Positions 28,055-38,397 of a stretch of 64,000 nucleotides of DNA are shown here, piece after piece. The DNA is from Bacteroidales bacterium (GTDB lineage: Bacteria > Bacteroidota > Bacteroidia > Bacteroidales > WCHB1-69). Location of the stretch: assembly GCA_038210985.1 (NCBI GenBank), contig JBBQWB010000003.1, positions 465-64,464 of the forward strand, read 5' to 3'. Below the pieces are notes generated by a model. It made no database searches. It was not told where the DNA came from and worked only from the letters and a program-made list of their open reading frames with translations. Both the position numbers and the translations under genes were made by a program. Position 1 is the first letter of the stretch. Each line of letters begins with the position of its first letter.

Positions 28055-29479
28055 GTGGTTTTTAGCAGTAGCGTCTTTCTTGTGTTTTTCCTTCCCATAC
28101 TATTGCTTTGCTATTACTTGGCTCCACGAAAGTTGAAAAATATAGTATTATTAGTTTTTAGTATATTTTTTTATGCTTGGGGTGCACCCAAATTCATTTT
28201 TGTTTTGCTCGGAACTACATTCGTAGATTTTCATTTGGTAAAATGGATGGACGTGTCTAAAGAAAAGTGGCAACGCAGATTGCTGCTCATTGGCTCGGTA
28301 AGTATTAATTTGGGATTGTTAGCCTATTTTAAATACATGAACTTTTTTATCGACAATTTGAATCATATTCTTAATGTTGGAGGAATTAAATCAATTTCGT
28401 TGCTAAATGTGGTAATGCCCATCGGGATTTCGTTCTATACTTTTGAAACCATCACTTATGTGGTGGATGTTTACCGAAAAATTCACAAACCTCTCAAAAA
28501 CTTTTGGGATTATCAATTATACATTATCCTTTTCCCAAAACTCATTGCTGGTCCAATTGTCAGATATCATGAAATATCGGATCAAATTACCAACCGTTCA
28601 CACAACGAAACATTCGACATTCGACTCGCTGGTTTTTTGAGATTTTGCTTGGGTTTAGGTAAAAAAGTACTTATTGCAAATACTGTTGGTGAGTTTTCCG
28701 ACACCATTTTTTCTACTTCTCCCGAACTAATGAATTCGCTCACCGTTTGGCTGGGTGTTCTTGCCTACACTTTCCAAATTTATTTTGATTTTTCAGGCTA
28801 TTCGGATATGGCTATCGGACTTGGTTTAATGCTTGGATTCAAATTTCCCGAAAACTTCAACAATCCATATATTTCACAAAGTATTACCGATTTTTGGCGG
28901 CGTTGGCACATAACACTCGGAAACTGGATGAAAAACTATCTCTATATTCCATTGGGTGGAAACAGAGTTTATACTTCAAGACTCTATTTTAATCTTGCTT
29001 TTGTATTTATTGTTTCGGGCTTTTGGCATGGTGCCGCATGGAATTTTATTGCTTGGGGTGCGTATCACGGATTATTCCTAATCGCTGATCGATTGTTTTT
29101 AGATAAATTACTGCAAAAATCAGGTAAATTTATTTCCATACCTTTTACATTTATCATTGTAATGATTGGATGGGTGCTTTTTAGAGTGGAGTCGATGACA
29201 CAATTTTCGGAACTACTTATTAAAATGTTTTCATTTAATTTCTCTGTCGATAGCTTTTATATAAATCAAAAATTGCTTTATACTTTTATTATTGCTGCTA
29301 TATTTTCATTTTTCTGTTTCGGAAAATTTACGCAAAAAATTCAAAATTACGTTTATGGAAGTGTCAAGGGAAATGTTTCCCAATTGGTTTTTAGCCTAAT
29401 TTCGTTGCTTCTGTTTTTTATATCCTTGGGTTATACTTTGTCGTCAGATTTTAACCCTTTTATCTATTTTCGATTTTAA
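28055..29479 (+). CDS. MBOAT O-acyltransferase (AlgI/DltB-like)
   Basis: GTG start; MPIGISFYTFE, FPKLIAGPIVRY, FDFSGYSDMAIG, ENFNNPY, FWRRWHITL, GFWHGA, FIYFRF. Confidence 0.95.
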   Translation: MVFSSSVFLVFFLPILLLCYYLAPRKLKNIVLLVFSIFFYAWGAPKFIFVLLGTTFVDFHLVKWMDVSKEKWQRRLLLIGSVSINLGLLAYFKYMNFFIDNLNHILNVGGIKSISLLNVVMPIGISFYTFETITYVVDVYRKIHKPLKNFWDYQLYIILFPKLIAGPIVRYHEISDQITNRSHNETFDIRLAGFLRFCLGLGKKVLIANTVGEFSDTIFSTSPELMNSLTVWLGVLAYTFQIYFDFSGYSDMAIGLGLMLGFKFPENFNNPYISQSITDFWRRWHITLGNWMKNYLYIPLGGNRVYTSRLYFNLAFVFIVSGFWHGAAWNFIAWGAYHGLFLIADRLFLDKLLQKSGKFISIPFTFIIVMIGWVLFRVESMTQFSELLIKMFSFNFSVDSFYINQKLLYTFIIAAIFSFFCFGKFTQKIQNYVYGSVKGNVSQLVFSLISLLLFFISLGYTLSSDFNPFIYFRF

Positions 29480-29481
29480 CC

Positions 29482-30960
29482 ATGAAAAAAATAACTTTCT
29501 ATATTGTCCTTGTCGTTTTGTTGGTTTCGCCAATAGTTGGACTATTAAAGTTGGTTAAAGAAGAGCCATTATCTGGTGCAATTGCTGGGGAAGAGACTAA
29601 AAAGTTGGATTATTTTACATGGAATAGATGGTTTGATGGGAGATTTCAAGATAAAATGGAGAAAACTGCATCGCAAAATGCTGGCTTAAGGAATACACTC
29701 ATCCGAATTTCGAACCAAATAAATTTTTCGGTATTCAAAAGTACAAATGCTGAAAAAGTGGTAATTGGAAAAGATAATATTTTATTTGAAGAAGGTTATA
29801 TCCTTGATTATTTAGGACGAAATTATAGTGGAGAGTCATACATTAGAGAACAATCTCTTCGCATTAAGCGAATTCAGGATACTTTATATAAAGTGTTTGG
29901 AATACATTTGATTGTTGTTTTTGAACCTGGAAAAGCTTCGATTTATCCCGAAAAGATTGGGAACGAATATCTTCCCGAAAATAAAACCGTTTCAAATTAC
30001 GAAACCTATTCCCGTATTTTTCGTGAGCAAAAAATCACGCATTTGGATATAAATCAATATTTTAAGTCTATTAAAGATAGCTCTCGTTATCCTCTTTATC
30101 CCGATTACGGAGTTCATTGGAGTTCGTATGGAATGTATTTGGCAACCGATACCCTTCTGAAATTCATTAAGCATGAAACAAATTATAATTTAGCTCTGCC
30201 GATATGGCAAAACATCGAGGTAACCGATAAATTAAAAGACGTAGATTTTGACATCGAAAAAACCATGAATTTGCTTTTCCCGCTTGCTCACCAAAATTTG
30301 GCTTATCCTCAAATTAAATTTGATACCGTAGGAAAAGAACGGCCCAAAGTTTTAACTATTGCCGACAGTTATTATTGGAGCCTATTCGATAATAAAATCC
30401 CGCATAGAGTTTTTGCAAATTCCGATTTTTGGTATTATAATGCAACTATTTACCCTGACATTTGGGGAGATAATGCCAAATACGTCAAAAATTTAAATCA
30501 AGAGGAAGAAATTTTGAAACAAAATGTCATTCTTATAATGATAACGGAAATGAATCTTTATCGTGCATTTTGGAAATTTGAAGATGTTGCAGAAAATGTT
30601 TTATCCATTAAAAATTCGCCTTCCACATTATGTCAAACTACCCATATTATTCTTAATAACGATGCCTATTACAAAGATTTAATTAATTATACCAATACTC
30701 ATTTTATCTGCTTTGATAAATGCTTAGAAAAAATCAGTAATTTTGTGAGTGTATCTAATTTAAATCCTTGTAATTACATCTCAAAAGCTTACCTTGTTTT
30801 AGAAAACATTATACAACTTAAAAACAATGGGGAGGCAATGAAACTGATTCAAGAAAAAGCTAAAATTAAAAACATTTCCATATCTCAATCTATTTTTGAT
30901 GATGCTTTATGGTGCTATGAAGAAGAGGTGAAAAGTGTCAACAATAAATTAAATCGATAA
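29482..30960 (+). CDS. AlgJ/AlgX-like SGNH O-acetyltransferase with C-terminal helical extension
   Basis: N-terminal anchor, W..GRFQ..E, VVIGKD..LF, G-V-H-W, ADSY; 2 nt downstream of the MBOAT gene. Confidence 0.8.
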   Translation: MKKITFYIVLVVLLVSPIVGLLKLVKEEPLSGAIAGEETKKLDYFTWNRWFDGRFQDKMEKTASQNAGLRNTLIRISNQINFSVFKSTNAEKVVIGKDNILFEEGYILDYLGRNYSGESYIREQSLRIKRIQDTLYKVFGIHLIVVFEPGKASIYPEKIGNEYLPENKTVSNYETYSRIFREQKITHLDINQYFKSIKDSSRYPLYPDYGVHWSSYGMYLATDTLLKFIKHETNYNLALPIWQNIEVTDKLKDVDFDIEKTMNLLFPLAHQNLAYPQIKFDTVGKERPKVLTIADSYYWSLFDNKIPHRVFANSDFWYYNATIYPDIWGDNAKYVKNLNQEEEILKQNVILIMITEMNLYRAFWKFEDVAENVLSIKNSPSTLCQTTHIILNNDAYYKDLINYTNTHFICFDKCLEKISNFVSVSNLNPCNYISKAYLVLENIIQLKNNGEAMKLIQEKAKIKNISISQSIFDDALWCYEEEVKSVNNKLNR

Positions 30961-30961
30961 G

Positions 30962-32542
30962 ATGCTTCATACTGTTTATTTTGAAAATTATCAAGTTTTA
31001 ATGTTCTATACATCGGTGTTTTTGATGTTAAGTTCCTTGATACTGTTTCAATTAAATAAACATCGCATTTCCTTGCTTTTGTTGTTTGCAGGCACTTTGC
31101 TGTTTGGAATATTCATGGCTGTGCTCAATCCATATTTGAATTATTGGGATGAACAATTTCATGCATTGGTGGCAAAAAACATGATGCAACATCCTTTTAC
31201 TCCAATGCTTTATAAAAACCCTGCGGTGACTTTTTCGCATGAAATATGGGTTGGCAATCACATTTGGCTACACAAGCAACCATTGTTTTTATGGTTTATG
31301 TCGATTAGCATGCAAATATTTGGCGTAAATGCCTTTGCTGTGAGATTTCCAAGTGTAATTGTGCATGCATTAATGGTTTTTTTGTTGTATCGAATTGGCT
31401 CTATTTCGCATTCTAAAAAACTTGGATTTTACGCTGCTTTCCTTTTTTCATTTTCCTACTATATCATTGAGTTAATGGTTGGATGTCAGGTTTGTGACCA
31501 TAATGATACTATTTTTTTATTTTTCGCCACTGCGTCTTTTTGGGCTTGGTTTGAATATCAAGAAAAACCCTCGCTAAAATGGATTATTTTAATAGGATTA
31601 TTCAGCGGCTGTGCTATGCTAACCAAGTGGTTCATAGGCTTGTTAGTTTATGCCGGATGGGGTTTAAATATTTTATTTTCAAAAAATGAACGGTTTAATT
31701 TTAAATCATATCTGCAAATAATTAAAGCTTTTGGAATAAGCATACTCGTTTTTCTGCCGTGGCAGATTTATACATACATTCGCTTTCCGGCAGAAACAAA
31801 ATTTGAATTTCAATACAATTCCCGACATTTTTCGGAAGCAATTGAAGGTCATGGTGGAGACTGGACTTTTCACTTTAAAAGCTTAAACATTCTATATGGT
31901 GAGGGCGACTTAGTGCCTTGGATTATACTTGCAGGTTTTATTTGCTTGCTCTTTTTAATTAAAAACAGACGCCAAAACCTATTTATTTTTGGAACAGTAA
32001 TTCTTTCTTATACTTTTTATACACTTGCCCAAACCAAAATGGAGTCGTTTGGATTAGTCGTATCCAGTTTTGTTTTTATGGCTTTGGCAGCGGTGTTTGT
32101 GATAATTGAAATGCTACTTAATAAAATAATTAAAGTAAAATCAATTCCTGTTTTACTAATTAGTTTATGTCTGATTTTTGCTGCTTATTTTAGTTTAAAC
32201 CTCGAAAAAATACACTTTAGTCACACCTTGATAAACCCCGAAAAAAATCCTACTCAAATATTGAAAATGCGGGAACTCGAACTGATAAAGATGCTACCCA
32301 ATATAGTCCCCGACAAGTCAACTGTATTATTTAATATGCCTTATTTTTCCGAAATTCAGATAATGTTTTTTACAGATTATCCAGCAGTATACATGCATAT
32401 CCCTTCCGAAAGTGATATTGATGAAATGAGATTAAAAAATATTAAATTTGTCGTTTTCGATAATGGTAATCAATTGATGCCTGAGTATCTTAGCGAGAAA
32501 AATGTTACCGTTATCAAGAATCCTCTATGGGGTGAAAATTAA
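30962..32542 (+). CDS. GT-C fold lipid-carrier-dependent glycosyltransferase (ArnT/PMT-like)
   Basis: WDEQFHALVAKNM, HKQPLFLW, RFPS, LTKW; many TM helices. Confidence 0.88.
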   Translation: MLHTVYFENYQVLMFYTSVFLMLSSLILFQLNKHRISLLLLFAGTLLFGIFMAVLNPYLNYWDEQFHALVAKNMMQHPFTPMLYKNPAVTFSHEIWVGNHIWLHKQPLFLWFMSISMQIFGVNAFAVRFPSVIVHALMVFLLYRIGSISHSKKLGFYAAFLFSFSYYIIELMVGCQVCDHNDTIFLFFATASFWAWFEYQEKPSLKWIILIGLFSGCAMLTKWFIGLLVYAGWGLNILFSKNERFNFKSYLQIIKAFGISILVFLPWQIYTYIRFPAETKFEFQYNSRHFSEAIEGHGGDWTFHFKSLNILYGEGDLVPWIILAGFICLLFLIKNRRQNLFIFGTVILSYTFYTLAQTKMESFGLVVSSFVFMALAAVFVIIEMLLNKIIKVKSIPVLLISLCLIFAAYFSLNLEKIHFSHTLINPEKNPTQILKMRELELIKMLPNIVPDKSTVLFNMPYFSEIQIMFFTDYPAVYMHIPSESDIDEMRLKNIKFVVFDNGNQLMPEYLSEKNVTVIKNPLWGEN

Positions 32543-32556
32543 AAATAAATAAATAT

Positions 32557-33834
32557 ATGAAAACATTACGTTCAGTTAAAGATGCCGATTTAAAAAATAA
32601 AGTTGTATTGGTTCGTGTGGATCATAATGTTGTTAAAAAGGGAATTATTCACGACCCTTATCGGATTGATGTGACATTTTCGACACTTTTTCACATTGTG
32701 TCTCGTGGAGGTAAACTTATTTTAATGACACACAACGGTCGTCCAAAGGACAAAAAAACTGGAGAAATTAGTATTTGTTCAAATTCTTCGATTGAACCAA
32801 TTGTAGAATATTTGATGAAAAAGTTACAAGTTAAGTTTATTATTCCCGAATTAAATGCTCCAGATAATTTTGGTATCACAAGTTTTGCTTCGGAAGTAAA
32901 ACCATTGGTTGATAAGCTTAAAAATGGAGATATTGATGGAATTTATTTGCCTAATACTCGATGGTTTAGAGGCGAAGAAGACAAAGGAGAATATTCCGAA
33001 CAAATGGCGAATGAATTAGCTTCGCTGGCAGATATTTTTGTAAATGACGCATTTGGTTCATGGCAAGCACATACTTCCACTTATGCCATTGCGAATAAAC
33101 TTCCGTCTTATGCTGGATTTTTAATGCAAAAAGAAATCAGTAATTTGGAACGTATTTTTCATCCTGAACGTCCTTTTATTGCTGTGGTTGCTGGATCAAA
33201 ATTCGATACTAAAATTGAACCTTTGTACGCTCTTTTGCGCGAAGCCGATTATTTAGTGCTCGGTGGCGTGATGTACAATGCATACCTCTGTGCAAAGTAC
33301 GGATTTACAATTAGCGGAATTGGAGAAGACGACATTCAACATGCCAAAGATTTTGTGGAATATAGTAAACAATATCCTGGGAAAATTATTGAGTTAAAAT
33401 ACATCATTGAGTCGGATACTTTGGATGGAAAAATTGAAGGTTCATACCGCAAACACAATATATTAATGCTTGATGAGGGTTCCAAATTAAACTATGTACT
33501 GGATATTGCCAAAGAATCGTTTAACGACCCCGAAGTTCACAGTATTTTTCATAAAGCTCATACTATTTTTGTAAATGCAGTAATGGGTTTCACTCCTTTT
33601 TTTAACGAGGGAACCATTGCTTTAGACCAACTTATTGATGACAATCCAAATGGGATTAAACTTTATGGAGGTGGGGATACTTTGCAAGAGCTTAAACGCT
33701 TACTGCCAGGTTTATACATTATGGCTATCGATAGTCCAAATTATTACATTTTTACGGGTGGCGGTGCAGTGCTTAAAGCCGTTGAATCGGGAAGTGCTTG
33801 GGGAATAAAACCAATTTCTTTACTTCTTGAATAA
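32557..33834 (+). CDS. pgk: Phosphoglycerate kinase family protein, strongly divergent
   Basis: VLVRVDHNV, RI, HNGRP, NTR, VNDAFG, GSKFDTK, GGGDT, TGGGA; several canonical residues altered (see findings). Confidence 0.8.
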   Translation: MKTLRSVKDADLKNKVVLVRVDHNVVKKGIIHDPYRIDVTFSTLFHIVSRGGKLILMTHNGRPKDKKTGEISICSNSSIEPIVEYLMKKLQVKFIIPELNAPDNFGITSFASEVKPLVDKLKNGDIDGIYLPNTRWFRGEEDKGEYSEQMANELASLADIFVNDAFGSWQAHTSTYAIANKLPSYAGFLMQKEISNLERIFHPERPFIAVVAGSKFDTKIEPLYALLREADYLVLGGVMYNAYLCAKYGFTISGIGEDDIQHAKDFVEYSKQYPGKIIELKYIIESDTLDGKIEGSYRKHNILMLDEGSKLNYVLDIAKESFNDPEVHSIFHKAHTIFVNAVMGFTPFFNEGTIALDQLIDDNPNGIKLYGGGDTLQELKRLLPGLYIMAIDSPNYYIFTGGGAVLKAVESGSAWGIKPISLLLE

Positions 33835-33861
33835 TATTGCAATAGAGATAAAATTTTGAAT

Positions 33862-33896
33862 AAAAAAAGAGCTGAAATTAATTCAGCTCTTTTTTT
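33862..33896. terminator. Bidirectional intrinsic terminator between convergent pgk-like and T9SS genes
   Basis: A7-GAGCTGAAATTAATTCAGCTC-T7; one nucleotide different in the stem-loop from 7812-7848. Confidence 0.88.
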
Positions 33897-33966
33897 ATTC
33901 CTTAAATGTAGGAAAGTTTTACTTCGAAATAATATTTCCACGCAAATTTTAGGTTTACACAATAGA

Positions 33967-34980
33967 TTATTTTACAATAAGTTTATTAGTATAAATTTGT
34001 CCATTTTGAACAACTTTTAGCAGATACATTCCAGACGATAAATCGCTGATATTAATAGTGTTTTTTAATTGATTAAGGCTTATTTCTTTTACTGATTGTC
34101 CAACAATATTTTTAATAGAAACTGATGCTGTTCCAGTGTTAGCTATTTCAATATTAAGAATATTTTGAGCAGGATTTGGATAAACAGCAATTTCTGCATT
34201 ATTTTCTTGAACAGATTCCGTTGTTCCAGCAGGCACAAAACGATAAACCATTCCGTTGGCAGGAGTTCCTGTTATTTCTAAATAATCCTCAAAAATTACT
34301 GGTGATGCAGCATCTCCAGTAACAAAATTAGCGTTCGAAAGTATATCGTTTACTGGGTCATATGTAGCAAGAGCTATAATAGCACCAGAAGCTTCGGCAT
34401 AAAATAATGAAGCATCGGTTATACTGCTTGGACCATAATGAAACTCGATAATTTTACTGCCTTCATATATCCATACTTGAAAATTAACAAACATCGAAAA
34501 CGGAGCATCTTCGTTGTATGCACCTGCATTTTTCCATTCTATTTTTAAAATTCTGCTTCCAGTATTGCCTTCAACTAGGTAACTTATTGGCGATATCGAT
34601 TCGGCAGAGCCTTCACCTCTATCCACTAAATCTGTGTCAAAAGGAGCTATTATTTCCGACACATCTGCACTTTCTGTTGGAGCCATTAGCATGCCCCCAG
34701 CAGATGTAAATGTAAGTATTGTAACCAAAGTGCCATTCATTTCAAATTCAAAAGGAACTGAAATAGTATATTCTGGATCGTCCCATATTTCACCATTATT
34801 AATGGATATTGGATTTACTAAATCTGCATATACAGAAGTTAAATACGTAAAAGTGTAGGACAGTGTTTTAGGATTAACTACTTCTTTTCCTTTAAGTAAG
34901 CTCGACTTGTCGGCTTTCTGAGCAAATGCAATTGTGGAAACTGAAACTAAAAAAAACAATACGATAAATTTTCTTTTCAT
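33967..34980 (-). CDS. T9SS type A cargo with NIDO-like beta-sandwich passenger
   Basis: Signal (IAFA-Q); VPFEFEMNG..IIAPFDTDL..KIEWKN..NFQVWIYE..IEFHYG; CTD VYPNPAQ...; TACTTTTG box at 35078-35085. Confidence 0.88.
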   Translation of the reverse strand: MKRKFIVLFFLVSVSTIAFAQKADKSSLLKGKEVVNPKTLSYTFTYLTSVYADLVNPISINNGEIWDDPEYTISVPFEFEMNGTLVTILTFTSAGGMLMAPTESADVSEIIAPFDTDLVDRGEGSAESISPISYLVEGNTGSRILKIEWKNAGAYNEDAPFSMFVNFQVWIYEGSKIIEFHYGPSSITDASLFYAEASGAIIALATYDPVNDILSNANFVTGDAASPVIFEDYLEITGTPANGMVYRFVPAGTTESVQENNAEIAVYPNPAQNILNIEIANTGTASVSIKNIVGQSVKEISLNQLKNTINISDLSSGMYLLKVVQNGQIYTNKLIVK

Positions 34981-35208
34981 GATTTATGATTTAATTGATA
35001 TGACTACAAACACACATTTACAAAATTTTAAATTTATTCTAAAATTTGATTTTTAACACCACCCTTAAGAATTGATGCAAAAGTAATTAAAATTAGCTAT
35101 GAATCTAACTTAATAAAAAACCAAGCCATCCACAAAACCCTTGCTATTAAAATATTGAATATTGCATAATTGTTATTGGTTTTTATCGGACAACATTAAT
35201 TAGTATGA

Positions 35209-36702
35209 TTAATTGCTCACAATTGTAAACTCAACTCTACGATTTTTTTGTCTATTTTCGTCCGAATCGTTTTTAACTTGTGGTTTTGTTTCGCCATATC
35301 CGTTTGAAGAAATATGTTTGTCTTCAATTCCATTTTTAATAATATAATTTTTAACTGAAACAGCTCTATCTTTCGACAATTTTAAATTATCTACATCCGA
35401 ACCAACATCGTCGGTATGTCCCGAAATTTTAATTACCATTTTTGGATTGGTTTGCATAATATTTATCAATCGAGATAATTCCGGAAATGACTCCTCCTTT
35501 AACTCAGATTTTCCAGTATCAAAAAATAAATTATTGATTCGGATGGTTTGTCCTACTTCGATAGGAACCATTTGCAGGTTTTTTTCTTGTTCGGTATAGG
35601 CATCAATTTTTATTAAATCAATGTTTACATTTACAGGAATATAACCTTCAGCTTTTGAATAAATTCCATATTTTTTTCCGGAAGTTAAAACAATTTTATA
35701 ATATCCTGTTTTAGAATCTGTTTTAGCATTTCCAATTTGTTTTCCCGAGTTTAAATCTTCAAAATAGATAGTAGCTTCGATTGGTTTTCCAGTTTTTGAA
35801 TCGATTACTTTTCCAAATAACAAAAGTGTTGGTTGCGGTTTCATTTTTTCGGGAATAATTACTTCAAACAAATCCCCATTTCCTTCTTTTAAGGAATAAA
35901 CGATTGCCTTATCTCCTTTAGCACTAATCGAAAAAAAAGATTCCCAATTGTTTGAATTAATAGGAGCTCCAACATTTTCTGGGTCAGACCATTTTTGCCA
36001 TAAATCGTCTAAACGAGTTGTTTTATAAATGTCGTTTAATCCCAATCCGCCATGTCCACCACTCGAAAAATATAAAGTTTTATTATCGGGAGCCAAAAAC
36101 GGCGAATACTCGTAATCGGCAGTATTTATATTAGCTGGAAGAGCGACAGGTGTTGTCCATAAATTATCCTTTTTGTGAAACGAAACAAATAAATCATTTT
36201 TATTGGGTGGCAAACATAATATCATAACCTGATTATCCGAACTAAGCGAAATTGAAATGTTTGACTCTTTAATGTTAGTCTCATCGTCAAAATGAATTCG
36301 TTCGGGTTTACTCCATGTTCCTAGTATTCTATGAGTTACAGATATTCCTTGACTTGACCCGTTTTTATCGTAATCGCCTTGCAGATATAAAGCTTCTCCA
36401 TCGGTAGTTGCATAAAAAATGGTATTTCGTTTTGAATTATTCAATTCATCAATTGGCATAGCTTCTGTCCATTTATTATTTTCATCTAATGTTGTAAAGT
36501 AAATCTCGTATTCCTTATCTCCATTCATTTGCCTCGAAAAGTAGAGCGTTTTTCCATCCGCAGAAAAGGAAGGGAAACAATCTGTTTTTGTTGATGAATT
36601 TACATTTGGTCCAAGATTTATTAATTTAACCTCTTTTTGGGCTTGTGCAAAAGTGAAAAAAGATAAAACTATTAGTAAAACGATACAATTGATGTTTTTC
36701 AT
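35209..36702 (-). CDS. OmpA-family protein with PD40 repeats and carboxypeptidase-regulatory-like domain
   Basis: FPSFSADGKTLYFS, SPFLAPDNKTLYFSS, GKVID.KTGKPI.A, ISGHTDDVG...N.KLS..RA..V, RQKNRRVEF. Confidence 0.92.
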   Translation of the reverse strand: MKNINCIVLLIVLSFFTFAQAQKEVKLINLGPNVNSSTKTDCFPSFSADGKTLYFSRQMNGDKEYEIYFTTLDENNKWTEAMPIDELNNSKRNTIFYATTDGEALYLQGDYDKNGSSQGISVTHRILGTWSKPERIHFDDETNIKESNISISLSSDNQVMILCLPPNKNDLFVSFHKKDNLWTTPVALPANINTADYEYSPFLAPDNKTLYFSSGGHGGLGLNDIYKTTRLDDLWQKWSDPENVGAPINSNNWESFFSISAKGDKAIVYSLKEGNGDLFEVIIPEKMKPQPTLLLFGKVIDSKTGKPIEATIYFEDLNSGKQIGNAKTDSKTGYYKIVLTSGKKYGIYSKAEGYIPVNVNIDLIKIDAYTEQEKNLQMVPIEVGQTIRINNLFFDTGKSELKEESFPELSRLINIMQTNPKMVIKISGHTDDVGSDVDNLKLSKDRAVSVKNYIIKNGIEDKHISSNGYGETKPQVKNDSDENRQKNRRVEFTIVSN

Positions 36703-36836
36703 TGGTTTAATTTTTTATTAAATTTTACATAAACAAAAATAATCAATTATACTATTCAAATGCCAAAATAATATTTAAAGTATCTAAACATTGATAAACT
36801 TTCGTGTTTTGAAGTTACAAAAATCAAAGCTTTTTG

Positions 36837-36844
36837 TAACTTTG
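36837..36844 (+). promoter_or_regulatory. -7 box for glyQS
   Basis: TAACTTTG 20 nt upstream of the ATG. Confidence 0.65.
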
Positions 36845-36864
36845 CTGAAAATTTAAAGAAAAAC

Positions 36865-38397
36865 ATGAACAACGAAGAATTATTTAAAAAAATTATTTCT
36901 CATTCCAAAGAGTACGGATTTATATTTCCTTCCAGCGAAATTTATGATGGATTAAGTGCTGTGTATGATTATGGACAGTTAGGCTCGGAGCTTAAAAACA
37001 ATATTCGAAGCTATTGGTGGAAATCGATGGTTCAGATGCACGATAACATTGTTGGCATCGACACCGCAATTTTTATGCACCCTACAACATGGAAAGCTTC
37101 AGGCCATGTGGATGCGTTTAACGATCCAATGATAGATAACAAAGATTCAAAAAAACGCTATCGTGCTGATGTTTTGATTGAAGATTACATGGCGAAAATA
37201 GAAGATAAAATTGATAAAGAAGTGGAAAAAGCTGCCAAGCGATTTGGAGAAACTTTTGATGCAAAAATGTATCGCGAAACAAATCCAAGAGTGATGGAAT
37301 ATCAGCAAAAAATAGATTATGCTCGAACACAAATGGTTAAAACGCTGGAAGAAAATGATTTAGCTGGAGTTAAATCGTTAATTGAAGAATTGGCAATTGT
37401 TTGCCCTGTTTCGGGTAGCCGCAATTGGACAGAAGTTCGTCAATTTAACTTAATGTTTTCTACTCAAATGGGTTCTGTGGCTGAAGGAGCAGATGTAGTT
37501 TACCTTCGTCCCGAAACGGCACAAGGTATTTTTGTAAACTTTTTGAATGTATTAAAAAGTGGTAGAATGAAAATTCCTTTTGGAATTGCTCAAACAGGAA
37601 AAGCATTTCGCAACGAAATTGTGGCTCGCCAATTTATTTTTCGCATGCGTGAATTTGAACAAATGGAAATGCAGTTTTTTGTCAAACCTGGCGAGGAGAT
37701 GGAATGGTTTAAATATTGGAAAGATCAACGTCAAAAGTGGCATAGATCACTTGGAATTCCCGATTCAAAATACCGTTTTCACGACCATGACAAGTTGGCT
37801 CACTATGCAAATGCAGCAACAGATATTGAATTTGAATTTCCGTTTGGATTTAAAGAATTAGAAGGGATTCATTCACGTACCGATTTCGATTTGATGGCTC
37901 ATCAAAAACTATCTGGTAAAAAATTACAATATTTTGATCCCGAAACCAACGAAAATTATGTTCCATACGTAATTGAAACATCCATTGGTTTAGATCGCAT
38001 GTTTTTAGCAATTTTAACGCAAGCATTTGAAGAACAGATTTTAGAAGATGGCTCTGTAAGAACTGTTTTACATATTCCACCAATTTTGGCTCCCATTAAA
38101 GTTGCCGTTTTACCTTTGGTTAAAAAAGATGGATTCCCCGAAAAAGCTAAAGAAATTTTAGATACTTTGAAAATGGATTTTAATTGTCAATACGACGAAA
38201 AAGATGCAATTGGACGTCGTTACCGCCGTCAAGATGCGATTGGAACACCTTATTGTATAACAATTGACAACCAAACACTGGAAGATAATACCGTTACGAT
38301 TCGTGAACGCGACAGCATGAAACAAGAGCGTGTGGATATTGATTCTATTTCATCAATTATTACGAGTAATTTGAGAAATAATATTTATAGAGCATAG
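36865..38397 (+). CDS. glyQS: Glycine--tRNA ligase (alpha2 type)
   Basis: GFIFPSSEIYDG, LRPETAQGIF, GKAFRNEI, FRMREFEQMEMQFF, ELEGIHSRTDFDL, IETSIG, RYRRQDAIGTPY. Confidence 0.98.
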   Translation: MNNEELFKKIISHSKEYGFIFPSSEIYDGLSAVYDYGQLGSELKNNIRSYWWKSMVQMHDNIVGIDTAIFMHPTTWKASGHVDAFNDPMIDNKDSKKRYRADVLIEDYMAKIEDKIDKEVEKAAKRFGETFDAKMYRETNPRVMEYQQKIDYARTQMVKTLEENDLAGVKSLIEELAIVCPVSGSRNWTEVRQFNLMFSTQMGSVAEGADVVYLRPETAQGIFVNFLNVLKSGRMKIPFGIAQTGKAFRNEIVARQFIFRMREFEQMEMQFFVKPGEEMEWFKYWKDQRQKWHRSLGIPDSKYRFHDHDKLAHYANAATDIEFEFPFGFKELEGIHSRTDFDLMAHQKLSGKKLQYFDPETNENYVPYVIETSIGLDRMFLAILTQAFEEQILEDGSVRTVLHIPPILAPIKVAVLPLVKKDGFPEKAKEILDTLKMDFNCQYDEKDAIGRRYRRQDAIGTPYCITIDNQTLEDNTVTIRERDSMKQERVDIDSISSIITSNLRNNIYRA

